Shown: piece by piece, positions 50,853 through 62,404 of the stretch
Position numbering within the stretch: the stretch's first letter is position 1
How the letters are laid out: each line of letters starts with the position of its first letter
Source: Psammoneis japonica
Lineage: Eukaryota
Assembly: GCA_008632985.1 (NCBI GenBank)
Contig: QPGO01000186.1
Span: forward strand, 1-64,000
Reading direction: 5' to 3'
Length of the DNA: 64,000 bases
The notes under the pieces: generated by a model
Database searches by the model: none
Told to the model about the DNA's origin: nothing
What the model saw: only the letters and a program-made list of their open reading frames with translations
Made by a program: the position numbers and the translations under genes

Positions 50853-52446
50853 TGAGCTGTTGTGGTTTGTCAACTTCAAGCACGACAGGCATGACAAGGC
50901 CTGTTCTTTGTGATGTCAGACAAGAGTTCTGATGCATGTGGGTGAAAGATCCCTGACAAGTTCAATGCTCAGTGCAAACATGAGGTGTGATGAGAGCCTT
51001 GAGACCCGCACACATCATTTGTGTCAAAGAATGATGAAAATGGAAGAAGAAACCACCTTTGTTGATGTTTGAACCATCCGAGTGCTGCGTTGTTTGGACC
51101 AATCAAAGACAGATGGCCCAATTGCTGCTGGAACAGATGAAAGAAACAATGTGATTGGATTGATGCCACATGCAGAAATTGAGAAACCACTGCCGGTGTG
51201 AGTGGAGCTGTGGAGGCAAAAATGCTGTGCCATGAAAGAATTGCATGACAGCGCAGTGAAGGATTGGACATGCTGTGTGCCAAGGCACATGACTGCTGCT
51301 GTGCACCGGTGGTGTTCTCAATGCATGATGAGACAAGAGCATCATGAACAATGCCAAGCTGTGCAGAATGAATGTGTGCAAGACCAGAGAGTGCTGGTGA
51401 ATGTTCAGCTTTGATGATGAGTTGCAGGGCAAGATTTGCAGCTGAAGCTGCAAAGAGAACAACAAGTTTGAGAAGATCACACCAGACCAACATGTTGCCA
51501 GATCCCGGAATGGGAATCTTCAAGAACTTGCAATGGACAAGAGAGATGTTTCTTTTTCTCACCCTGCAGACAAATTGAGGGTCAGCTGTCCTCCCACACA
51601 TGGTGTGGACAACCAAGGGGCACATGGCCCATTTGAAATGCTCAGTTTGAAAGATGATGGGTGTGGCAAGGTCTGCTGTGGACCAGTTCAAGACAAGAAT
51701 GGAGATGTCTTTGCCATGTGCAAGTTGGCGCAATTCATTGATTGTGACATCAACAAAGCAAGGTCCCATGCAATGTGAACCTGTCAGAACATGGATTTCT
51801 TTGTGGTGGATCCTGAAGTGGTCAATGGATCATGGACCAATTGAACAGTTCACACAAAAGGAGCTCAGTGGAATGGAATCACCGTGCCTGTGTTGTTGAG
51901 TTTGTGGAGTGTGCACAAAATGTTGCCCCAACACTTTCAATGACATGTTGGAATTTGCCAACAAAGGGCATCATGCCAGCTGGCGGTGCACCTGAACAGA
52001 AGACAATGGTGACAACCAAGGAGATTTGGCCAGCAAGTTCATTGTGAGGAACAAGCACTCCAACCATTGATTGCAGCAACAAGAGTGTGTCAGAGCATCA
52101 AGACTGGCAGAGAAAATGAGAAGCCTGGAAGCACATCTGTTGAAGAGAAGATGCTTTCTTGGATCCTGATGTGATGGATTTGGTGACACCTGACAAGCAA
52201 ATGTGCATTCATCACCAATCTCACCAACCTTCTTTTTAGCTCACTCTTTGGAGTGAATCATCTGGTTTGCATGAGTTGTGTTGTGATGCCAGTGGGCACT
52301 GTTTTGTCACCTTTGCGTTGCAAGAACAAAGTTGTTGAGAGCTTCCAGGCAAACCACAGTTGCCATGAAAACCAGGACATGTGCAACAAGTGGCACAGGA
52401 AACCTCAGAGGATTCCCTGCATTGACTTGTTGGTTCAACAATTGAT

Positions 52447-52955
52447 GGCTTTGATGTGAAATTCTGCATGTGTTTTTTGTGCTGTAAAACTCACTCTTGT
52501 CATCACCACTGCTCCAGCCCTTCATCATTCAGCTGCAACATTGTTTTGTCCTGGAGCTCAAATTTTCATGTCAGAAGGCACTCTGGACATTGTGCCATTG
52601 ACGCAAAAGAGTGGAGATCCTCAGCAAAATGTCCTTGCATGCTGAAAGCACTGCAAGTGGATCTGTCATTGCCCTTGGTGCAAAATCTTCCTGGGCTGGT
52701 CTGTCATCTTCCAGGCAATGTTGTCCCAAAGCAGCCTCTGTTGGCCCATCCAATGACCCCTGGTGTTTCTGATGAAATGCCTGGCACAACAAACTTGATC
52801 ACATTGGCAGCATCTGCAGTTGGCAGGGTTCATTCAACTTGTCTGTGATGTCTCCCAGGCCAGATCTGCCTGCACTCCCACTCCCTTGCTCTGCTCCAAG
52901 CTTTGTTGCTCCCCCAGTGACAGCCAATGTGTGGGTGATGGGTGTGGGTGGCCAT
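52447..52955 (+). repeat. Diverged ~500-bp direct repeat, copy 2
   Basis: Aligns with 47746-48250. Confidence 0.9.
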
Positions 52956-53899
52956 CAGCTCTCTGTCTTTCTTTGCCCAAGTGCTCCAATCCACTGCAGG
53001 ATCTGTTCCTTGCACCATGGCTGCTTTGGGCATTGCACCCCATTCTGTGGAGGTTGCTGGCTTGAAGCAAGGGGCCACCTGTGTGAAGTGCAGCCAGCAA
53101 GGATGCTGCACATGGACAAGCTTGGCTTGAAGAGCATCAGAAATCTTTGGAACAACTTCAAAACAATCACCAGGAGCAGCTGAGCCATCTGGTGCAACAG
53201 TTTCAGGCATTTTTCTAGCAGCACCTTCCCAACAATGATCAAGAACCCTGCTCCTCTCCTCAGCACAAGTGGCAATCTGTCTGCGTCACCCCTGCTGGTT
53301 TGTCAGTGGAAGTTCCTCCTCCTGGAGATGCTGCTGTGGCCAGCATCACCTGCAATGAATCAAATTTTGTGGGAGGTGGGACAAGTTGTCTTCCTTGCCC
53401 TTTCCAAATGATGTTGCAGGTGATGCATCTGACACAAAGTCTTTCTTTGAGGAGGCGTGGCCCAATCACAAGTGAAGGTCTTCAAAATCTTTGTGTGAAG
53501 CCGCTTGGCAGAGTGGGGCCAAGTGCTGGATGGACATCATTGTGCTCCTGCCAACCAAACCATTGGTTGCTGAAATTTTTCTGGCTGCAACACAATTGGC
53601 AACGGTCACCCAATGGAACCAAAACTTTCTCATTGCACTTGTTTCTTGTGTGCTTTCAATGCAAGTGGGTGCACACATGATTCTTGTGGCAGCGACTTCA
53701 ACATGTGTTGCCAGGTTGCAATCAAGATCCAAGCAGGTGTCATTGGCATTTCTGCTGCTTGCTGCACAACCCCACATTGCACAACCCCTTGCAGGTCAGT
53801 GGTCCACAACTCACTGCATCATGGCTGTGTCAGTTTGTCTGCATCCTTTGTTCCCTTCACTGTGCTGCACAAACCAGGTGGTGCAGTTGTTGTTTCCTG

Positions 53900-56800
53900 C
53901 ATCTCTGTGTCTTTGCACTGTCAAACCTGGCAAGCAGGCTCATTGGGCACATTTTCAATCCCAACATTTGATGAAAAACAAGAGGTTGTCAAGTCATGTT
54001 TGTGTTGCATCATCAAGTCTGCATGAGCTGGTCTTCATCCTCTGCAGGCAAAACTGCTGCCTGTCCCCAACAGGTGCCACTGCTTTGTCAACAAGGCAGA
54101 GTTCTGCCTGATCTTCATCAAGCTTTTTGTGCCAACTTTGAGTCCTTTCTCAATGACCTAAATTGGAGGGTGATGCTCTTTGCAACTCCAACATCTGACT
54201 TTGTCATGACACTGACTCACTTGCCAGATTGGCAATTTGATTCAAGTCATCTGATGTCATGTTCAGTCACATGCAAGACATGGATTTTTCCACCTGCTTG
54301 TGCACTCTTGGCAACTTGACTGCACTCTCACAACTCCAGGGGCTTTTGACATGGCACAGCACTGTGGTCACAAATTGTTTGTGCACAGGATTTTGTTGGA
54401 CCACTGTGCATGCCATTGGCTTGAGCATGCATTTTCTCTTTGGAAACCCTGCCATTGACCTTCCCCAAGCAGATTTCTGCTCTCTTCATGCTCATTTTTC
54501 CAAGCACATCACTGTGTGTCTAGAGGCAATTGGGCTGATGCTGGACAGTTGTGCTGTGCTGGCATGGAATGCTGTGCTGTTGCACCCCAACACACCAGAT
54601 CTTCTTTTTCTTCTTGCTGAAAGGCCAGATGGAGACATTGCTCAGTTTTGCATTTCTGCTGCCAAGCATTGTTGCAAGTGTCAGGAGCCAGAATGGTCCA
54701 AGAAATTTGCAGATCTCTGCCACACAAAGTGTTCACTTTTTCCTGCCTCTTGTCCATGTTCAAAAATCGACTCAACTTTGTTGAGTCCATTCTGGTGAAT
54801 GGTGTGAGAACTTTCTCAATCATTCCTTCTTCTGCCCACTCATGACAACAACATCAGACTGCCTTTTGCAAAGCTCAAGCCAGGTGCAAAAAGGTTGCTT
54901 GTGACTGTGTCAAGAACAGAGAATGTGAGTGTCACAAAAGAGTTGCCAAGTTTGGCCTCAAGTGCACTCCAGAGTTTGCCAAGCAAGCAAAGATCCTCTG
55001 CACTTTGCAATGTGCAGAGGAAACAAAGCTGCATGTTTGGGAAGATCAAAGCATTTGCAAACAAAGAAGCCTCTGGTGTGCAAAATGTTCAGGTTCCCAA
55101 GAACCCCACCAGGGATGATCCCAAGACATGTGAGAATTGGGCAACAATTGATGCTCCAAAAAATGTTGCTGCTGTGTCACAAAAGAGCAAGAAATTGAGC
55201 ATGTTTTGGACAAGCTCAAGATGCCCCTTCTGTGGCTCCTCCTCAGTTGGTTGATCTTGGAGACATGAGAGCAATGCAGTCATGGCTGGCCCAGTTCTTG
55301 ATGGCAAGTGTGGCACTGATTTGTTTGATGAAGCTGCTGCCCTGCTCATGCTGCAGCACATGTGTTGACATGCTCCAGTGTGAGCATTGAGTTTTCTGAC
55401 TCCTGACAAACTGTGCAAGAGAATTTGAGTCTTGGCCAGAGCTCACTTTCACTTCTTTGAATCAGGTTTGCACCCAGGTGTCGCTGGAAGGTTGTGCACT
55501 CAGACCAGAGTGCCTTCCATTGCTCTGCACAGGATGAGCATGGAAGTCCAATGAAGAAGAGATTTGCAGCATGTGTCTGCTGGCTAACACAGCAAGGTCA
55601 TGTGTTGACCTCTTGAATGCACTTTTTGATGTCAGCAAATCCACTCTCAGTCCCAGCATGTTTTTCCATGCATTCTCTTGTGCTGACATTTCCCTTCTCA
55701 GATGGTGCCACAATGGCTCCTGCCAGCCCCTTTCAGCTGCTTCTTCCATTGGGCAACTTTGTTGCAGCATGTCAAAAGCAACGTTTTGCAGCAGCAATCA
55801 TCTGCATTGATTTCCACAGATTGATGCGTGCTTGTTGTCTTTTCTGGCAAATTTCTGCTTGTGTTGTGCAGCTTCTTCACAGGATTCAGCACAAGTTCTG
55901 TGAGAGTCACAAATCACAACCAACAACCAACTCATCCTGTCTCCAAGCTTCTCTCATCTGCACATGTCAGCTCTCAACAAAACTCTGCTTCCTGTTGTCA
56001 AATCAGGACGCGTTCCAGGTCTGGGTGGGACCTCGCACTGCTGAACTGTGACATCGACAGTTTTTTGAATCGCGTCGTATGTCGCGCACGTAGATTTCTA
56101 CGTGCACGACATGCGGTGAGCTTTTTGCTTCTGTTGTTGCACTCAGTGGTGAGCTGAAATGCATTTTGTCAATGTCCTTTCAACTGATCCAATCATCAGA
56201 AGATCTGTTTTTGCACTCTGCTTTCTTTGTTGTGGAATGACCATTTTTTTGTTTTGTTGTGGACATTTTTCAAGTCATCATGAATGATGCAATGAACTCC
56301 ACTGCATTGTGTTGCTGTTCCTGCTGGGCGTGTCACCTTGAGGAACCAATGCACTGGAAGTGTGGGCCAGCCAACAACACCAGCCCAGCTGGCAACAAGC
56401 AAAACAGCACTGTGAAACAGATCTGTTTCTTTGAGCCCCTTGTGCACAACAGTGCGGCACTGTTCAAGCTCACACCTGGGAAGCATGGTCCAAGGAGAGG
56501 GCATGGCTCCTGACTTGGGCAAATCCAGAGAGATGCCTGGAGTGCACCCATGCATTGTCTGCCCCCCAATGATGGCAGTGCAGCATCTCATGAGGACATC
56601 ACACACATGGAGATGCATGATGGCTTGATTTGCACAATCAACATGATGCAAATGGCTGTGATTTTGTCTGACACAATGCAAAAACCAAACAAACAGAAAT
56701 TCAATGTGATTCCCTGTTTGCATGACCCTGCTTCTGCAGAGCAAATTAGGCTCACAATTTTCACAGCAGCACTTCTGTGACACATCTGCATTTTTGCAGC

Positions 56801-59800
56801 CTGTTGGGCACATGGGACAGATTGGACCTTGGCCACACACAGCAAGAATTGTTGCGAGAGCTTTGTCCAACTTTTGCAAGTGTGAAGTGTGGTTGGCTTC
56901 AGCTCTGCACATGGAGCTCTGCCAATTGTGTGGCCTGTGACCCCCTGGCATGTGTGGTTGTTGCACTTTTTGATGCTCCAAGACTCCATCATTTTTGGAA
57001 ATTCTTGCACTGGAAATCTCCAGATTGTCCAGAGGGGCACTTTTTGTTGCCAGCAACAATGACTGCACTTTGTGCTGCAATGGGAAAGTGCAGGCAGCAA
57101 TGGCAGCAATCCTTTCTGAGTGTTTGGGCAAAAGTGTGGTTTCTGCGGTGGCAAATGTCCCCCATTTTCTTCTGGGCCTCTCCAAATGGCCCTGCTCCCA
57201 TTGTTTTGATTTTCCAATTGTTTGTGGGACAGGCCAAGGCAGTGTCTGGCAACTCTCTGTTTTGTTGAAACAATTTGCGCAGTGCACCATTTAAAATTTT
57301 TGATTCCAAGCCATGCAGAGCATTCTTTGAATCAATCTCCTGACGGATCCCATCAAGTGCAAATTTGTGTCCAAGCACATGTGGATGACACATCAAAGCA
57401 GATCAATGACTTCCCAAGCATCTCCTCAACCTCTTTCTGTGGAACGTGCTTCTCTTCTTTGGCATCACAACCAACTGTGGTGTGATCAGCTCAATGCATG
57501 TGGGCATGAGTTGCAGCAGCTGAAAAATTCCTTTTATGACACTGAGTGGGATCTCTTGGAGTGGGGGGGGGGGGGGACCAAATTTGCACCCACATGCAAT
57601 GAAGACCTGCACACTGAAATCCACTCAGCAGATCAATCAACTTCCAAATGCAGCAAACAGCTGTGTCTGTGTGCTCCCCACAAAACATTGGGGCATCTGT
57701 TTGCACTGATTGGGACTCAGAAGAAGCAATGATGCATGGAGTTGGGCTCCTTTTGTTTGTTGTTTCCTGCCAAATTGTGCCAAATTGTGACAACATTGTT
57801 GTGCCTGTCATTTGCCATCAATGGCTCATGTTCTGGCATGCCCTCATTTCTCTTGCAAAGCAGAGCCATGCACAACAGGTTCAAAACAAGGCATGCAGGC
57901 CATGTTTGCAAATGTGGGTGCAACCAAAACACTGAGCAAATCATTGTGTGTGAACCACATTTTCCTTGGAGGAGCTAGAGTTTGGTCACTTGATGTGGAA
58001 CAAGGGGCAACACAAGTGCAGTGGTTCATTTGTCATGCCTGTGGAGTGCAACAGGAGCTTCTCTCCAGTGGTTGTTTGCATGAGTCAGCATGACACATCG
58101 CAGTTGCTTGGCATCAGCTGCAACCAGGCACTGATGTGCAAGCTTTCTCCATGATGTCAGCTCTCCTCTCTCTCAATGTGAGCAATCATGGCTTGCATCT
58201 CTTTGTGCTCATTTTGATGGAGTCTTGCCTCTGGCCTTCAGAGAGTCAGCAATCTGGTTGGCACTTGGCAGACATGATGTGTTAGAGTTGGAGCAGTTTT
58301 CTTGTCTTTGGAAATTTGGTGGATCAGCTGTTGCTGATTGCATCTCCCAGTGTTCATGGTGTTGGACATTGCTCCCTTCAATGGATTGGATCTTGATGAG
58401 TCTGAGGTTTGTGGCAACCTTGCATTTCTCAGCAGCACCAGCATGCTCAACAATGTCTGACAAGAAAAGACATCTCTGTGAGCCTGGAAGCCCTGGATCT
58501 GCTTGTGCAACTTGCTGCATTTGCCTGAGTCCACACAGTTGAAAGCCCCTTTGGGAAACTGGTTGTGCCTCCATTGAAGATGTGCAGACAAGTGGCAGGA
58601 TCCTGTGTTCCCAGCAAGAAAGCACATTTGCATGTGTGATCTCTGTCTGGCTTTGACATGTTTCTCATGATGCAGAAAGCTTGGGAACTTCAGCAGGAGA
58701 TGTCTTCTCTGTCTTCTCTCAACAATGGGCACTGGGAGCTTGAATCACAGCATCAATTGAAGCTCAGTGCAGAAATGCCTCCATCTCTAACCTGGTTCTT
58801 TTTAGGAGCACTTGCGTGTGACATTGCCTTTCTGGGAATGTCCACTCTTTTCTCAGATCTTGTCTTTCTCATGTTTTGCTGTCAAACTTGGTTGGGCATT
58901 TTGTGTTGAATTGACTTGCTGTGGGTGGTGATTGTCCATGCATTTGGGTGCACCATCACAGTCAATGGCCAGCCATTGTTTTGTTGACTGTGCAGATCCA
59001 GTGTTTGGCCAGTTTCCTTTCTCACATTAAGCCAAGGCACGTGAAGTTTTGTTGCTGTTACATTTTCTTGTGTTTTGGCCAGCCAAGTGCTGCAATGTGA
59101 CTGGACATGAAAGATTGGAAAATTGCTGCAACAACAGTGCCCTTGTGAGCATCCTCTTCAACCTTTCAGTCTCACAACCAACCACTGATCCCCCCCCCAC
59201 CATTGACCTGGAGAAAGTTGTCAAGCTTTGCTGCCATGTGTGAATGTGTTGTTGTCAGAGTGGGGTTTGTTTGATGAAATGCACCAGATGTTTGTGGAAT
59301 GTTGCATCTCTTCTAGATCTCTTCTCAGCTGGGGTTGTCCCAGGTGCTTCGTGAGCAAAGGGACACCAGGGTCAACAAGCTGCTGCAGAGTTGCTTCCCT
59401 CCTTGATGCCAGAGTCAATGTCTGTGCAGATTGCTTGGCAGCTGGCAGGCCAGTTTCAAGGACAGCAGCAATGCTCATGACATGGCTCATGTTCTACCTT
59501 TTCCCATTCGTGAGCCACACCTTTGTCTGTCTGACAGAACAGCTGCTGCCAGGTTGAAGGCAACTGTCCAGTGTGCTGCCACAGCTCTTGCTTTCACAGA
59601 GCACCTTTGCAAAGGAACAAGAGTTAGATGGAAGCTGCAACAGACTTGATGGACTGTAAAGTTCACACAACTCTCATCCACTGGAACTCCAAGTGACATG
59701 CATCTTCCATCATGCTGATTCACAAGCTCTCACCTGCAAACAAAATTGCCTGCCAGCACAACTCTGTTTGCCCCCACAGTGTCCCTTCGAATGTGGAGAG

Positions 59801-60200
59801 TCCAACCAAGTTGGTTTGTTGATCAGGAATTTGTGTTGGGAGCAATGGGAGCACACAATGAAGCAGTTCACTGTCATGATGATGTGGAGTCCCAAAAGTC
59901 AGCTCAATGCCATCAAGTCAAGGCCAAGCTGACAGCAACACACAACAAATGACAAGAACACTTGGCCAAAGATTGCAAAGTGGGGTGCAGAACTGGGTTG
60001 CGATGGTGAAACCTGGACTCAAAGACAGCTTTAAAGAAGAGAAGTGCCTCATGCTCCATGGGACATGCACCATTGTCAGCCATTTCAGTGGGGCATCACC
60101 TGGCAGTGATGCCCATCCTGGCCAACCCATGGTTGCTTCTGCCACACTGAATGCTGCCCTGGAAGTGCACATTGACCAGTGCTGGCCTGGCTGGCAATGG
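53900..60200 (+). mobile_element. Degenerate large non-LTR retrotransposon (LINE): probable APE, RT and possibly RNase H; limits approximate
   Basis: RT motifs CGTGQGS (57223-57243) and AHVDDT (57375-57392, i.e. YVDD), then LWCDQLNACG...LKNSFY and HKTLGH. Weaker endonuclease-like IGLMLD / KIDSTL at ~54530-54780. Assignment to the diatom Ambal-like clade is only a guess. Confidence 0.75.
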
Positions 60201-60236
60201 AGCAACAACACCATAAAATTGATCTGTTTTTTATAT

Positions 60237-60660
60237 ATCCCAGCTGGTGAAAGAATTGCATGGTACGTCACAAGTGTTCTGAAGACAAGCAACATCCCAT
60301 TGTCACCTTGAAATGAAAAGTTTCCAATGACTTGCTTGTTTGCACGCCCCCCTGGGGCTGGAGCATTGTGCCAGACGGTGCTCGAAAGCCACCAGAGTGG
60401 ATTGACGAGCGTAATGATCACCCCAAAATTTACATGACAGAACGGATCATGCGAGGATGAGATTCAGCTCTACATGACTACGGGCGACGCGACTTCTCTG
60501 AAGGGTACCTCCGAGCTTGCGCAGAAGCAACAGAGGCTGGAGCCGACTTTCAAGGTCACTTTGCCTGGTCGTTGATGGACAATTTTTGAGTGGCAACCGG
60601 TTTGGTATCTTTAGAGTGGATTTTGGAACCCAGAAACGCACACATTGATAAGGTCGATGC
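60237..60660 (+). pseudogene. Truncated, frameshifted copy of the GH1 3' end
   Basis: Homologous to 45726-46255 including the intron. The splice acceptor region is lost, TENG and DNFEW are frameshifted and there are several deletions. Confidence 0.92.
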
Positions 60661-60739
60661 TTTCCACAACTTGCACGTGATGTCATTAGTTGTTCTTGTA
60701 CGATGTTACGTTGTTTACTATTTTTTCTTTATCTCCCAA

Positions 60740-62005
60740 CTAAAGCTTCGGCACCCCAGCGTAATACCAATAGAGCATGATGACAGTATGATTGAGTCCA
60801 ATGATGGCGGTGACACAATCATACCAAAAAGTGTCAGCTGGAATCCATCCATAAAACTCAACGAGAAAATACATCGAATTGCTTTCAAGGACGAGCAACA
60901 TGAGCAACCAGAAGCACTGATTCGTAATTCGTTGCAGTTTGATCTGATATCCAACACTTGGAAGACTTGAATCAATAAACAATCTGAATCCGATCTCCAC
61001 AAATGCAATAGACAACATTAACTCTGTGCTTGCTGTACTGGGAGCAAAGTTGCGCGGCAAGCAAGTTATTGCCACAATGTTTAGCATTCCCATTAAAGGC
61101 ATGATGTTTGTATCGTAGTGTCCACTTTCTCGTAGGACAGCCAACGAAACCTGCAGGCAATGGTCCGTTTTCCTCGTACCGGCTTGTCCAAATGAATGTG
61201 GTACGAAGTCAAACTTTAGTGAATTTCTTTTGTGCTTGAATCCAGGAATATGGATGTGTTCCACTAGGTGCCCATAAGGCACAGGGGTAGATCCTTGACT
61301 GTCGCTCTCTTCCGCAAGCTTCAGTTTCCATTTGTTTCTATCCCATTTTCTTCCCGTGTGTCTATTGGCCAATATCGCAAGCCTGATGATAAGTTCATGC
61401 CGATCATGAGGAAAGTCATCCACACGTAAATTCTTCTGTAGCAAGACAGCATTGTACATGCAAGTCCAACGCATGAGTCTTGTATCTTCTCGGACAAGAC
61501 AGACTTCAGGATTGCCGATTGTATCAAACGAAACCACATTTAGGATCGAAAGCGGCGGAACGTCGACTTGTTCAATAAAACTAGTATCCATTTGCTGTCG
61601 ACAAGCATGCTCTCGACCTTGCATAGTCCAAACGTACGGTTGGAATTTTGTTCGTTTTGCTGTGCTATCATTTTGTTCATCCCCCATGTCATTCCAGAAC
61701 AATGTTACTCGAAATTTCATGGGAACATGACCAAGACGAACGTCCACTTCTCCAACATGCCACACCACGACCTGAAAACGTATTGAAGCTTCGCTGTCTT
61801 CCTCAAAGTGTGTGGGAAGGATACGTCTCCTCGTCATTCCATAGTTGACTTTATCTTTCAGCAGAAAACTCTCATCATTCGCCTCCTCTTCGTCGTCCTC
61901 GAGGAATAAACCTGAACTATCGTCGTTTTCATTCGCGTCATCACTAACCCAGAAGAAAGACGTGCTTCGATTCATCTCAACAACTGAATGAGGAAATCTG
62001 TGCAA
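60740..62005 (-). CDS. Pentameric ligand-gated ion channel-like protein, copy B
   Basis: Intact ORF nearly identical to copy A, with a shorter C-terminus (GVPKL* versus GVPNFSFLERLRNTT*). Confidence 0.75.
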   Translation of the reverse strand: MHRFPHSVVEMNRSTSFFWVSDDANENDDSSGLFLEDDEEEANDESFLLKDKVNYGMTRRRILPTHFEEDSEASIRFQVVVWHVGEVDVRLGHVPMKFRVTLFWNDMGDEQNDSTAKRTKFQPYVWTMQGREHACRQQMDTSFIEQVDVPPLSILNVVSFDTIGNPEVCLVREDTRLMRWTCMYNAVLLQKNLRVDDFPHDRHELIIRLAILANRHTGRKWDRNKWKLKLAEESDSQGSTPVPYGHLVEHIHIPGFKHKRNSLKFDFVPHSFGQAGTRKTDHCLQVSLAVLRESGHYDTNIMPLMGMLNIVAITCLPRNFAPSTASTELMLSIAFVEIGFRLFIDSSLPSVGYQIKLQRITNQCFWLLMLLVLESNSMYFLVEFYGWIPADTFWYDCVTAIIGLNHTVIMLYWYYAGVPKL

Positions 62006-62404
62006 GGTTGACGAGCAGAGTCAACAAATGAGCGTCAGTAAGTGGGCATCAAACGCAATAAAGGAAAGAAAGAATGGATGTTGGCTGACCATGGACTGGT
62101 TGATGGCTGATGATCGATGACATCGATGCGGTCGAGGTCGCGAGCTTGTCGCGAGATCGAGAGATGGTCGATGGTCGTGGTCGAGTCTTGCATTTGGTGG
62201 CGTTTTTTACTTCCTCATGACTGAAATCCCACCAAAAAACCCGGAAATCCCACCCTGGCGCGCCGAATATTATTGAGCTTCGAAAACCGGGGGGTTCGGG
62301 CGGGTGCCCGGTTCATTATTCCGGTTCATGCAAACAGTGTCCCTATCCATTACAGTACCTATCCATCATCGCCTGAGTAAGTCTAAGTCTTAAAGACCTG
62401 AAAG

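Larger units (their letters stand above)
60237..62210 (+). repeat. Segmental duplication, copy B
   Basis: Aligns with 45726-47720. Confidence 0.95.

Noticed and set aside
50900..52440. Eroded coding-like sequence between the copia RNase H fragment and repeat copy 2 (also 48900-50300)
   Set aside because: No motif I could assign with confidence; left unannotated.
47721..60236. Alternative genetic code, selenoprotein readthrough or foreign/viral insert
   Set aside because: TGA falls at expected Arg (CGA) positions, frames are broken, and the recognisable motifs are from copia and LINE elements.
47777..60311. Dozens of overlapping 60-360 aa ORFs on both strands, also in 34-3907 and 7002-8598
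   Set aside because: Artefact of TpA loss removing TAA/TAG stops. The translations are Cys/His-rich, nearly Tyr-free and are not genes.
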